Assembly (NCBI GenBank): GCA_028066595.1
Contig: JALCBJ010000016.1
Span: forward strand, 23,085 to 87,084
Direction: 5' to 3'
Length of the DNA: 64,000 nt
Source of the DNA: Thermoanaerobaculia bacterium
Lineage (GTDB): Bacteria > Acidobacteriota > Thermoanaerobaculia > Multivoradales > J023
Shown here: in pieces, positions 1-9,106 of the stretch
Position numbering within the stretch: the stretch's first letter is position 1
Layout of the letters: each line of letters begins with the position of its first letter
Notes under the pieces: model-generated
Databases searched by the model: none
Seen by the model: the letters and a program-made list of their open reading frames with translations, nothing else
What the model was told of the DNA's origin: nothing
Position numbers and translations under genes: made by a program

Positions 1-304
1 ACGGCTCCAGCCCCTTCGAGATGACGAAGCACGGCACCTTGGGATCGACGATGCGTTCGAACCGTTCCCGACGAACCACGGGCTTCACGGTGTGAAGAAA
101 TCGCGTTTCGCTCTCTCCGATGATCTGCACCCGGCCCGCCTTGATGTACTCGTAGAATCCGGCAAAAGCGAGGCCCGGCTTCTGGACACGCGGATGGGTG
201 ATCTGGCGGTCCAGATGGACGGCTCCGGAGAGCACGCGGAAGTGTAGATCGGCGAGTTCGTTGCCGAGCAGCTCCGCGACCTCGACGTAGGCGGGTTGTG
301 CCAT
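1..304 (-). CDS. hprK: HPr kinase/phosphorylase, N-terminal part; gene continues past window start
   Basis: Minus-strand frame open to the window edge, so it is absent from the ORF track. ATG (cat) at 302-304. Translation MAQPAYVEVAELLGNELADLHFRVLSGAVHLDRQITHPRVQKPGLAFAGFYEYIKAGRVQIIGESETRF fits the HprK N-domain pattern (RPGLALAGF ... R[IV]Q[IL][IL]G..E). Lies directly downstream of ptsN, as in rpoN-hpf-ptsN-hprK clusters. Confidence 0.5.
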   Translation of the reverse strand, partial: MAQPAYVEVAELLGNELADLHFRVLSGAVHLDRQITHPRVQKPGLAFAGFYEYIKAGRVQIIGESETRFLHTVKPVVRRERFERIVDPKVPCFVISKGLEP

Positions 305-340
305 GCGCTGAATCTATCGTGTGCCGGGCAAGCCGACGTA

Positions 341-790
341 TCAGCCCCGGGACAAGAACTCGTAGATCGCCTCCGGGTCGTCCATCTCGAGAATGCGCCG
401 CGACTCGTCGTTTTGCTTCAACCAGGCGGAGATCGCTTGCAGACATTGGAGGTGCGCCGCAGGCTCCGATTCCGGTGAGACGACGCAGAAGAACAGCTGC
501 ACCGGACTCTTGTCGACGGCGGCGAAGTCGATGCCTTTGGGCACGTGGCCGATGGCCAGAATCACCCGCTTCAGCTTCGCCAGCTTGCAGTGGGGCACGG
601 CGACACCCTCTCCGATGCCCGTCGAACCGAGCTGCTCCCGCTCCCACAGAGCCTCGTAGAGCTTGTCCCCGTCGGCAACCAGGTCGGCACCTGCGAGGCG
701 GTCGGCGAAGGCTCGCAGGACCGAAGGGATGTCAAATGCTGGCAAGCCCGGGAAGATCAGATCGGGCTCGGTCAGGGCCTGGAGTTCCAT
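341..790 (-). CDS. ptsN: PTS EIIA(Ntr) nitrogen regulatory protein PtsN
   Basis: The track ORF 341..1057 is over-extended. From the internal start MELQALTEPDLIF the product is about 150 aa and contains the EIIA type-2 signature GIGEGVAVPHCKL with the phosphorylatable His. Sits downstream of hpf/rpoN. Confidence 0.75.
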   Translation of the reverse strand: MELQALTEPDLIFPGLPAFDIPSVLRAFADRLAGADLVADGDKLYEALWEREQLGSTGIGEGVAVPHCKLAKLKRVILAIGHVPKGIDFAAVDKSPVQLFFCVVSPESEPAAHLQCLQAISAWLKQNDESRRILEMDDPEAIYEFLSRG

Positions 791-828
791 CGCTCTATTC
801 TCGAGACTCGACACAGGCTTCGGGCGAC

Positions 829-1374
829 TCAGAACTCCGGCGCGATCAGGCCGTAGTTCTCGTCCTTGCGGCGATAAAGAACGCTGACGCGATCCGATGC
901 GGAATCGCGAAACACGAAGAAGTCGTTCTTGGATTGCTCGAGCCGAAGCGAAGCCTCGTCGATCGTCATCGGTTTGATCGGCAAGTGGTTCCTCTTGATG
1001 ACTCGAGGGCGCTCGCCGCGTCCGAAAGTCTGACTTTCCAAGACCTCCACCGGCCAATTGTCGTTTACTTGCCGGTCGGCGCGCCGACGTTGATCCATGT
1101 ATTTCTTCCGAGATCGTCGAGCCTGCTTCTCCACTTTCCCGATGACCGCGTGGACCGCGTCACGCATGTCTTCGGCTTCTTCGGTCGCCTGGAACACACC
1201 ATGGCGATGGCTGACGATCAGCTCGGCGATCTGTCGAATCTTCTCGGTCTCCAGGATCAGGTGAATGTCCGCCGGCTCTTCCAGAAAGGGCTCCAGCTTC
1301 TCGAGCTTCTTACTGGCGTAGTCCTTGATCTCTTCATCTAGGTGATAGTGGCGTGCCGTGAATTCGACGTTCAT
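829..1374 (-). CDS. hpf: ribosome hibernation promoting factor, long form
   Basis: 181 aa starting MNVEFTARHYHLDEEIKDYASKKLEKLEPF. Typical sigma-54 modulation / RaiA fold N-domain plus C-terminal dimerisation extension. Immediately downstream of rpoN. Confidence 0.8.
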   Translation of the reverse strand: MNVEFTARHYHLDEEIKDYASKKLEKLEPFLEEPADIHLILETEKIRQIAELIVSHRHGVFQATEEAEDMRDAVHAVIGKVEKQARRSRKKYMDQRRRADRQVNDNWPVEVLESQTFGRGERPRVIKRNHLPIKPMTIDEASLRLEQSKNDFFVFRDSASDRVSVLYRRKDENYGLIAPEF

Positions 1375-1439
1375 AGAGTTCCTCGGTCCTTGTGGTTGTA
1401 TCCGTGTTGTCGAGTCCGTCTCTGGGCGGGAGAAGCGGG

Positions 1440-3071
1440 TCAGAAGATTTTCTTCCGATCTGTAGACGATGGGATACCGAGCTCATCGCGATATTTGGCG
1501 ACAGTGCGTCGAGCGATCTGGATTCCCTCCCGCTTCAGGATGCGCATGATCTCGCTGTCCGAGAGTGGTTTCTTGCTGTCCTCTTCGGCGACCAGATTCT
1601 CGATCTTCCGCTTCACGGATAGAGATGAGATGTCGCCGCCGTACTCGCGGTCGATGCCCGAGTGAAAGAAGTACTTCATCGGCAGCACACCGCGAGGTGT
1701 ATGGATGTACTTGTTCGAAACGACGCGAGAGACGGTCGACTCGTGCATCTCGATGTCCTCGGCCACATCTCGAAGCACCATCGGTTTCAGCTGCTCGACA
1801 CCGTGGTCGAGAAAACCTCGCTGCTGTTTGACGATGGACTTGGCGACCTTGTAGATCGTTCGCTGCCGCTGGTCTAGGCTCTTGATCAGCCAAAGAGCCG
1901 AGCGCATCTTCTCCTTGATGTATTGCTGCGCGTCGCCATCACTACCCTTCTCGCGCATGGCGCGGAGCATCTTCCGGTAGGCCCGCGACACCCGTAGCCG
2001 AGGCATGCCGCTGTCGTTGGTCTGAATGACGTAGTCTTCGCCGACCTTGACCACGTGCACTTCCGGCTCGACATACTGCGCACTCTCGGTGTCGTACTGG
2101 CGGCCGGGCCGCGTATCGAGACGGCCGACGAGTTCCACGACGGGCTTGAGGTCCTGGAGTGGAACGGACAGCTCCTTTGCGATCTGTTCGAACTTTCGCC
2201 GCTTGAACTGATCCCAATGGTCCGAAATGACCCGCCGAGCCAGGGCTTCTTCAGGTACCTCGCGGGCATCGAGCTGGCGCAGCAGACTTTCTCGGAGATC
2301 GCAGCAAGCGACGCCAGGCGGGTCGAAGTTGCGGACGAACTCCAGCACCTCTTCCACGAGCTCGCGTGGGTAGCCGCCGACGGGGTCCTCCGCCATCGCC
2401 TCCTCTGACTCCTGTTGGTCTCCGGCGGAGTCGTCCGTAGCCAGCTCCTGCACCTCAGCCGAGTCGTCGGCTGGCCGCCATTCGGAGGCTGCAGGCGCCG
2501 CGCCCTCCTCGTCATCGCCCTCTTCCGTCTCCTCCCCGGTAACCGTGGCGGTATGGGGATCGTAGTCGACCGCCCCCATGGCCATGATCTCCTCCACCGT
2601 AGCGGCGAGGAAGCCGTCCGGGTCGAGGTTGCCGATGATCAGCTCGGCGATCTCCCGAACGATGGGCGGCACGTCAGCCATATGAAGCTGCCAGAGCAGG
2701 TGGTCGTAGAGGTCATCCTCCTGATGCAGGGTGTTCTCGATCGGCGGTGCTTCTCTCTGCTCGTGCATACCGCCCGACTGGCCGCTCCCCTCCCAACTCT
2801 CCAGGTCGCCGAAGAACGCATCGACGTCGATGTCGTCGAGAGCGGTTTCCAACTCTTGATTCTCGTTCTGGTCGAGCGGATCTTCCACTTCCGGGGAATC
2901 GTCGGGTTGGGCCTCCACCTCCTCCAACACAGGGTTCTCCATCATCTCCTGCGCCACGACTCCCTCGAGCTCCATGCGCGTCATCTGCAGCAGCTTGATC
3001 GCCTGCTGCAGCGACGGCGTCATGACCAGCTTCTGGGCCATTTTGAGGGAGAGTTTTTGCTCGAGAGCCAT
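1440..3071 (-). CDS. rpoN: RNA polymerase sigma-54 factor
   Basis: 543 aa with the C-terminal RpoN box ARRTVAKYRDELGIPSS, an acidic region II and a Gln/Leu-rich region I (MALEQKLSLKMAQKLVMTPSLQQAIKLLQM). Conserved lptB-rpoN synteny. Confidence 0.92.
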   Translation of the reverse strand: MALEQKLSLKMAQKLVMTPSLQQAIKLLQMTRMELEGVVAQEMMENPVLEEVEAQPDDSPEVEDPLDQNENQELETALDDIDVDAFFGDLESWEGSGQSGGMHEQREAPPIENTLHQEDDLYDHLLWQLHMADVPPIVREIAELIIGNLDPDGFLAATVEEIMAMGAVDYDPHTATVTGEETEEGDDEEGAAPAASEWRPADDSAEVQELATDDSAGDQQESEEAMAEDPVGGYPRELVEEVLEFVRNFDPPGVACCDLRESLLRQLDAREVPEEALARRVISDHWDQFKRRKFEQIAKELSVPLQDLKPVVELVGRLDTRPGRQYDTESAQYVEPEVHVVKVGEDYVIQTNDSGMPRLRVSRAYRKMLRAMREKGSDGDAQQYIKEKMRSALWLIKSLDQRQRTIYKVAKSIVKQQRGFLDHGVEQLKPMVLRDVAEDIEMHESTVSRVVSNKYIHTPRGVLPMKYFFHSGIDREYGGDISSLSVKRKIENLVAEEDSKKPLSDSEIMRILKREGIQIARRTVAKYRDELGIPSSTDRKKIF

Positions 3072-3136
3072 GGTGTAGAGCGAGGTCTCCTTGGTTTCTA
3101 GGGGAAGGCGCAGCCAGCCCGACGTCTCATTCGAGA

Positions 3137-3865
3137 CTACAGAGTGAATTCTTCGCCGAGATAGATCTTCCTCACCTGCGGATCGGAGGAAAGCTCTTCG
3201 GGCGATCCAGATCTCAGGATCTCTCCGTTGTTGATGATATAAGCGCGATCGGTGATCTTCAAAGTCTCGCGGACGCTGTGGTCGGTGATCAATACGCCGA
3301 TTCCCATCTCCTTCAAATGCCGGATGATGCCCTGGATCTCCAGCACGGCGATGGGATCGATTCCCGCGAAAGGTTCATCGAGCAAGATGAAGAGAGGATC
3401 GATGGCGAGCGCTCTTGCGATCTCGACTCGGCGTCGCTCGCCTCCGGAGAGCATGTATCCCTGGCTCTTCCGCACGTGTTCCAGGTTGAACTCCTGGATC
3501 AGCACGTCAGCGCGGCGGGTACGCTCAGCCCGCGCCAGATCGAGAGTCTCGAAGACGGCGCGCAAGTTGTTCTCCACGGACATCTTGCGAAACACCGAAG
3601 CTTCCTGCGGCAGGTAGCTGATACCACGCTGAGCGCGCAGGTACATGGGCAGCTCGGTGATGTCGGTGTCACCGAGAACGACCTGTCCTCGATCGGGAGG
3701 GGTCAACCCCACCACCATGTAGAAGGTGGTGGTCTTGCCGGCACCGTTGGGCCCCAGAAGACCGACGATCTCTCCCTGGCGCACCTCGATGGACACGTCG
3801 TTGACCACGGCGCGACCGCGGTAGACCTTCCGCAGGTTGCGAGTGGCGAGGGAGGACCGAGTCAT
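3137..3865 (-). CDS. lptB: LPS export ABC transporter ATP-binding protein LptB
   Basis: Track ORF 3137..4036. Internal start [48 protein letters not shown] aligns residue-for-residue with the LptB N-terminus, giving about 242 aa. Walker [16 protein letters not shown] signature and Walker B are present. Confidence 0.85.
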   Translation of the reverse strand: MTRSSLATRNLRKVYRGRAVVNDVSIEVRQGEIVGLLGPNGAGKTTTFYMVVGLTPPDRGQVVLGDTDITELPMYLRAQRGISYLPQEASVFRKMSVENNLRAVFETLDLARAERTRRADVLIQEFNLEHVRKSQGYMLSGGERRRVEIARALAIDPLFILLDEPFAGIDPIAVLEIQGIIRHLKEMGIGVLITDHSVRETLKITDRAYIINNGEILRSGSPEELSSDPQVRKIYLGEEFTL

Positions 3866-3983
3866 TCGGGTCGCCTCGGACGGATCGGCGTCGACATGGA
3901 CCGAGCTTAGTGCAATGTCTTCGCTCCCTTCCACCTTGACTCGCTGGACCATGCCCCGCCGGGTGGGGAGCCTCAGAGAACCG

Positions 3984-6236
3984 TCATCCACGCCCGCCTC
4001 CGTCTTTCTCCGAGTCGCGGGAGCCGCTGGCTCCATCTGCCTCCGCGCCGGAGGTATCGTCCTGCGAGAGGGGCACGCGGATCGAGCCTTCTGGAGGCTC
4101 TCCGGGGAGCGTGGTCGAGAGGCGGGTTGCCCCAGATTCGACGTCGTAGCGCAGGAATCTTCCTTCGAGACGACTTCCGTCGGCGTTCTCTAGCTCGACC
4201 GGATCCCCTTGGACTTCGATTCGGTCAGCGGCGATGAGGAACTCGGCCCTATCTCCCTCGACCCTCTTGCCGCCCACCGGGTCGATCAGGACAACGTCTT
4301 GTTCGCAGATCATGCGTTCCGCACCCTGGCCACCAGGCCCGAGCTCTACCATCATCTCCCGGCAGCTGAGCTTGCGCTGATCGGACGTCAACTGGACGCC
4401 ACCGGAATAGGTCAGAATCCCTGCCTCGTCGTCGAAGGTCATGGTACCGGCCTTGACTTCCACCGGTCGCTTGACGCTGCCCCCCCTGGGAGTCCACAGT
4501 GTCGTGACTCCCCCAGAAGCGGCCATCTCGGACTTCACCTGATCTCCGCGCAACTGGCTGGCGAGCACGAGATTGTCGCCCTGCCAGGCACGCACGTCGC
4601 CGTCGAAGACGAACACTGGCGGGCGCTCGGTCAACGTGGCGGTCTGCGACTGTACTCGGATCGGACCTTGACCCTGTCCGAGCGGAGTGCCCGAAAGGGC
4701 CGATCGCGCTGTGTCCCGCAGGGTGGCTTCTACGCCACCGGTAGCTTCGAGAATCCCCTTCTCACCCATCACCACGATCTTGGGTGCATAGAAGTCACCC
4801 TTCTCGTCGTAGATCTCTACTCCCGGGCCGGTGATCTCCAAGCGTTCGCCAATGGCGTTGTAGGTGGCTTGGTCGCCACCTGTCACCTGCCTGCGCTGGT
4901 CGCGCATTTCCACCTGACTCTCCAGGAAGAGCTGACCGAGGCCACCCTGCGAATCGAAGCCAGCAACCAGGCGATCCGCGCAGACCCTCCGAAGGATGAA
5001 GGGCTCCGACAGGTCGAGGTATTCGGTTAGGCTGACCGAACCGCCGGTCTCGGCCCGCGCCTCGAGCTGGTTCAGGCGATCGTCCTGCGTGCGAGCCGAG
5101 ACGGTGTCCGCCACCATTGTTTGGGCTACCCCGTCGGGGCCCACGATGTCGAGCTCCACAGGCGGTCCGTCCCCTCGGGTCAGATCGATGAAACTGAGGC
5201 CCGGGTCGGTCTCCGCGGGACGCATTTCCAGTAGCTCACCCCGAAAGTTGACGCGGGTGCGCCCTCCGTCTTCCCCTAAGGAGACCATGGAGCCAACCAC
5301 CTCGAACCGCGCGCGAGCCATCTTCAGGGTTCGCTGGTCCTCCTGCAAGAAGAGTGTCAGGGCCTTGCAAGCTAGCTGCTGACCACCGCGCATCAGGCGG
5401 ACGTCGTCTAGAGCGCGGATCAGAGCATCTGCGCGACTGTAGTTGAGGCGTTGCGCATCGAGTCTCAGGGCAGGATAGACCCCAGCAACGGTACGCAAAT
5501 GGACACCGCCGCTGAGCGCGATGACGTCTTGTTCACGGTCGACGCGCATTTCACTCGCGCGCCCTTCCAGAAACGGGCCGCCCGATTCGTCGAGCCAGCG
5601 AATGTCTACGGCGCCCCGACTGGTGATGACCCGCCCTCCGCGAGAGATCTCGATGGCCCGCGCATCGAGCTCTAGCGATCGCCACCCACGCACCTCGACG
5701 TCTCCTTCGAACAAGGCAGCCAGCGTTCTCTCGTCGAGAGTCGCCCTCCGGCTGGTCACCACGTAGCTGGCACCGTCCTGCCGGAAGAACTCCACCCTTA
5801 CTCCCTCGAGATGGGACACTCCCTGGTCGTCCAGACGTTGATTATCGGCCCACACCTCGAAGACTTTGACGCCACCGCTGGAATGGCTGTACCGCACCTT
5901 CTCGGCCAGGGAAACCGCCCCCTCCGTGGTCACAGAGGCGGACGAGTCCGCGGAGTCGACGTCTTCCTTCCCGAAGTTGTAAGCGAAGATCAGGAGCAAA
6001 ACGATGAGGATGCCCCCGACTCCCAGAAGAAGAAGAATGCGCCGAAGGCGGCGATAGGGCCGCTGGGCTCGTTGCGTCGGCGGCGCGCCGGCTTCGACTG
6101 CTGCGGGGCGAGTCGTAGGACGCCGGAAATCCTCCCCGCCGCTACGTCGGATGCGCGCTTGTTGGGAGGGTGTTCCTCCGGGTGCGGTGGGGGGCTCGGT
6201 GGGCGGCCGCTGACTGGGTGTGACAGTAGAACTCAA
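3984..6236 (-). CDS. giant N-terminally anchored LptC/LptA-like (OstA beta-jellyroll repeat) protein
   Basis: 750 aa. Pro/Arg-rich cytoplasmic tail, then one TM helix ([20 protein letters not shown]), then about 650 aa of periplasmic sequence. The periplasmic part has recurring LptA/OstA-N-like segments (EGDVEVRGW.., [11 protein letters not shown].., [17 protein letters not shown].., [13 protein letters not shown].., [22 protein letters not shown]). Immediately upstream of and co-directional with lptB-rpoN, the slot normally occupied by lptC and lptA. Confidence 0.6.
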   Translation of the reverse strand: MSSTVTPSQRPPTEPPTAPGGTPSQQARIRRSGGEDFRRPTTRPAAVEAGAPPTQRAQRPYRRLRRILLLLGVGGILIVLLLIFAYNFGKEDVDSADSSASVTTEGAVSLAEKVRYSHSSGGVKVFEVWADNQRLDDQGVSHLEGVRVEFFRQDGASYVVTSRRATLDERTLAALFEGDVEVRGWRSLELDARAIEISRGGRVITSRGAVDIRWLDESGGPFLEGRASEMRVDREQDVIALSGGVHLRTVAGVYPALRLDAQRLNYSRADALIRALDDVRLMRGGQQLACKALTLFLQEDQRTLKMARARFEVVGSMVSLGEDGGRTRVNFRGELLEMRPAETDPGLSFIDLTRGDGPPVELDIVGPDGVAQTMVADTVSARTQDDRLNQLEARAETGGSVSLTEYLDLSEPFILRRVCADRLVAGFDSQGGLGQLFLESQVEMRDQRRQVTGGDQATYNAIGERLEITGPGVEIYDEKGDFYAPKIVVMGEKGILEATGGVEATLRDTARSALSGTPLGQGQGPIRVQSQTATLTERPPVFVFDGDVRAWQGDNLVLASQLRGDQVKSEMAASGGVTTLWTPRGGSVKRPVEVKAGTMTFDDEAGILTYSGGVQLTSDQRKLSCREMMVELGPGGQGAERMICEQDVVLIDPVGGKRVEGDRAEFLIAADRIEVQGDPVELENADGSRLEGRFLRYDVESGATRLSTTLPGEPPEGSIRVPLSQDDTSGAEADGASGSRDSEKDGGGRG

Positions 6237-6305
6237 GAAGCGTCCAAAGGATGGTCATGCTGGTGGCGTGCAGCCGGGAGACGAAGGACCGGGGTGGTGT
6301 GGCGA

Positions 6306-8039
6306 TCAGCTGCGGTACTCGCGAACATCGACAATCCGGAGCACGACGCCACGATAGGGGTCGCGCTCGAGGAAACCCAGGGCTTCGAAGGGGCGCGCGA
6401 AACGATCTGCACGATCGGCCCAACCCCACGCCAGGAGTTCGATCTTAGCGCGATCCGGTGACTGAGCCCGGGCTGACAGGTGCCCGCGGCCGAAGAGCCG
6501 GGGCGGAACGGTCAGCCGTAGGGGTCCACGTACGCGCACCAGGGGCCGTGGATTCCCCATGCCGAAGGGCTCTAGACGCTGGAGCTCTTCTAGTACTTCG
6601 GAACCCACGTCGGCGGCGTCGAACTCGATCTCGTACTCGTAGACCTTCGTCGAGACTCGATTTCGCCACGATTCCGCCGCGCTCTCGAGCTGCTGCCGGA
6701 ATCCGTCCAGCTCCGCGGTGGGTACGGTCAATCCGACCGCCTGGGCGTGTCCACCGAATCGCTCCATGTCATCGCGATATCGATCGAGAAAATCATGGAG
6801 GTGGATTCCTGGAATCGAGCGCCCTGACCCCGTGGCCGACTCGCCGTCCACCGCCAGTAATAGCACCGGACGGTTGAGCTCCTTGGCGATGCGGCCGGCC
6901 GCGATACCCACCACGCCTCGATGCCAGGTCTCGCTCCAACCGACCAGGATGCAGGGCAACGGGTCCGCCCCTTCTGTGGCGCGCCGCAGAAAGAGGTCCC
7001 GCGCTTCCGTCGCGGCTTGGCGTTCCCATTCCTGTCGCTCTCGGTTTCGCGCGTCTAGATCCTGTGCCAGCTGCCGGGCTCGTACAGCATCGCGGCTCAG
7101 GATCAGCTCGAGCGCCGCGTCGGCGGAGTCGAGTCGGCCCGGGGCATTGAGTCGGGGCCCAAGACGGTAGCCGACATCGTCTGTCCGATACGGCCGACGG
7201 ACGCCGGCAACCTCGATCAGTGCCTGCAGACCGACCGAAGTCGTCCGCTCCAATGCCCGGAGCCCCAAAGCCGCGATCACACGGTTCTCGTCTCGCAGGG
7301 GAACGAGGTCGGCGATGGTGCCCAAGCACGCGATCCGTAGCAATCTGGTGGCGTCTATCGGCCGGCCGGCAGCCTCCGCGAAAGCCGACGCGAGCTTGAA
7401 AGCCACGCCGGCGCCGGAGAGCTCGGGGTATGGGTAGCCACAGTCCTCCCGCTGCGGATTGATCAGGATCACGCCATCCGGAAGCCGTCCTTTCCCTCCG
7501 CCCGACGGCAGATGATGGTCAGTGACGATGACGTCGAGTCCGAGCTCCAAGGCCCGCGTGGCGGCCTCCTCGGAGTTGGTCCCGCAATCGATGGTCACTA
7601 CGACCGAGCAGCCCTTCTCCTGTGCTCGCTCTGCATGAATCGGTTGGAAACCGTAGCCCTCGTGCATTCTGTGCGGCAAGATCGGCTCGTTCTCCAATCC
7701 GCAAGCCGATAGCACCGCCGTCAGGAGCGCAGTACCGCTGACGCCGTCCACATCGTAGTCCCCGACCAGCGCGACGCGCTCTCCCGACTTCCGGGCCGTG
7801 AGAAGCCGCGCGACGGCCTGCCCCATGTCGGCCAGCGAATCGGCCTCGTGCAATTGATCGAGGGCAGGATGGAGGAACGCTTTGGCCTGTTCGACGCCCT
7901 CGACATCTCGCCGGGCGAGCAGCTCAGCTAGCCAGGGAGGATGTCCTGCCGCGATCAGCTCCTGGGTGGCGCCGGGGGTCTCTGCCGGACGCCAGATCTT
8001 GGTGAAGGGTTCGACCCTTTCCGGGACGTCGTCAGGCAC
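6306..8039 (-). CDS. recJ: single-stranded-DNA-specific exonuclease RecJ
   Basis: 577 aa. DHH family motifs (ALVGDYDVDGVSGTALL, TIDCG, VIVTDHH), a DHHA1 region, and a C-terminal OB-like domain. Confidence 0.85.
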   Translation of the reverse strand: MPDDVPERVEPFTKIWRPAETPGATQELIAAGHPPWLAELLARRDVEGVEQAKAFLHPALDQLHEADSLADMGQAVARLLTARKSGERVALVGDYDVDGVSGTALLTAVLSACGLENEPILPHRMHEGYGFQPIHAERAQEKGCSVVVTIDCGTNSEEAATRALELGLDVIVTDHHLPSGGGKGRLPDGVILINPQREDCGYPYPELSGAGVAFKLASAFAEAAGRPIDATRLLRIACLGTIADLVPLRDENRVIAALGLRALERTTSVGLQALIEVAGVRRPYRTDDVGYRLGPRLNAPGRLDSADAALELILSRDAVRARQLAQDLDARNRERQEWERQAATEARDLFLRRATEGADPLPCILVGWSETWHRGVVGIAAGRIAKELNRPVLLLAVDGESATGSGRSIPGIHLHDFLDRYRDDMERFGGHAQAVGLTVPTAELDGFRQQLESAAESWRNRVSTKVYEYEIEFDAADVGSEVLEELQRLEPFGMGNPRPLVRVRGPLRLTVPPRLFGRGHLSARAQSPDRAKIELLAWGWADRADRFARPFEALGFLERDPYRGVVLRIVDVREYRS

Positions 8040-8089
8040 CGAAGTGCCAGCCTCGCGATCCGGGTCGTGACTCTGGCCCGGGGTGCTCG

Positions 8090-9049
8090 TCAGAGGTGTG
8101 GCCTTCCTTCGATCTCACCCAAGGCACGGAACTTCGCGTGCCGATCTTCCACCAGCTGCGAGGGCGACATCTGAGCCAGCTCTTCGAGAGTCTGGTGCAG
8201 CACGTCTCCGACCCGGGCGCAGGTGGTCGGGACGTCGACGTGGGCCCCTCCGAGCGGCTCGTCGATGACTCCGTCCACGACGCCCAGGTCGAGAAGGTCA
8301 GGCGCGGTGAGCCGCAACGCTTCGGCGGCATCGGCCTTGCGATTCTGATCCTTCCAGAGGATCGCGGCACAGCCCTCCGGGGAGATCACGGAGTAGATCG
8401 AGTATTGGAGCATGAATACGCGGTTTCCGATACCGAGCGCCAGCGCACCACCGGAGCCACCCTCTCCGGTGACCGTCACGATGACGGGCACCTTTAGCGA
8501 CGCCATCTCGACCAGGTTTCGGGCGATCGCTTCGGCTTGACCTCGTTCTTCGGCACCAATGCCGGGGTAGGCACCCGGTGTGTCGACGAACGTCAGAACT
8601 GGCAAGTCGAACTTCTCCGCCAGCTCGAAAGCCCTTAGAGCCTTGCGGTACCCCTCAGGTCGAGGCTGGCCGAAATTGCAACGAATCCGTTGCTTGGTGC
8701 CACGCCCCTTTTGGTGCCCGACGACACATACCGAACGGCCTCGGAAGGTGGCGAATCCGGTCACGATGGCAGGGTCATCGGAAAACCTACGATCGCCGTG
8801 GATCTCGATCCAGTCGCTCATCAGATGCTCGACATAGTCGAGTGTGTACGGCCGGTCGAAGTGACGAGCCACCAACGTCTTCTGCCAGCGATTCAAGTTC
8901 GAGAACACCTCGCGCGTACACTTGTCGAGAGTCCGGCGAAGACGCTCCACTTCGGCATCGTGGCCGCCCTCGGGATAGCCCTGTAGTTCCTCGATTCTGC
9001 GCCGCAAGTCGACCAGGGGCTGCTCGAAATTCTGTTCGGTCGTCGCCAT
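8090..9049 (-). CDS. accA: acetyl-CoA carboxylase carboxyltransferase alpha subunit
   Basis: Track ORF to 9085. Likely start MATTEQNFEQPLVDLRRRIEEL. Crotonase-fold carboxyltransferase motifs (FVDTPGAYPGIGAEERGQ, TGEGGSGGALA). Confidence 0.85.
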   Translation of the reverse strand: MATTEQNFEQPLVDLRRRIEELQGYPEGGHDAEVERLRRTLDKCTREVFSNLNRWQKTLVARHFDRPYTLDYVEHLMSDWIEIHGDRRFSDDPAIVTGFATFRGRSVCVVGHQKGRGTKQRIRCNFGQPRPEGYRKALRAFELAEKFDLPVLTFVDTPGAYPGIGAEERGQAEAIARNLVEMASLKVPVIVTVTGEGGSGGALALGIGNRVFMLQYSIYSVISPEGCAAILWKDQNRKADAAEALRLTAPDLLDLGVVDGVIDEPLGGAHVDVPTTCARVGDVLHQTLEELAQMSPSQLVEDRHAKFRALGEIEGRPHL

Positions 9050-9106
9050 CGGTGGGAAGCTAGCAGTTGCCCTCCGAAGCGTCAATCAGGCGAACCGAAG
9101 CGGGGT

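Noticed and set aside
298-1341. 347-aa plus-strand ORF across ptsN/hpf
   Set aside because: Arg/Pro/Ser-rich low-complexity translation with no motifs. Antisense to two well-supported genes. Typical high-GC artefact.
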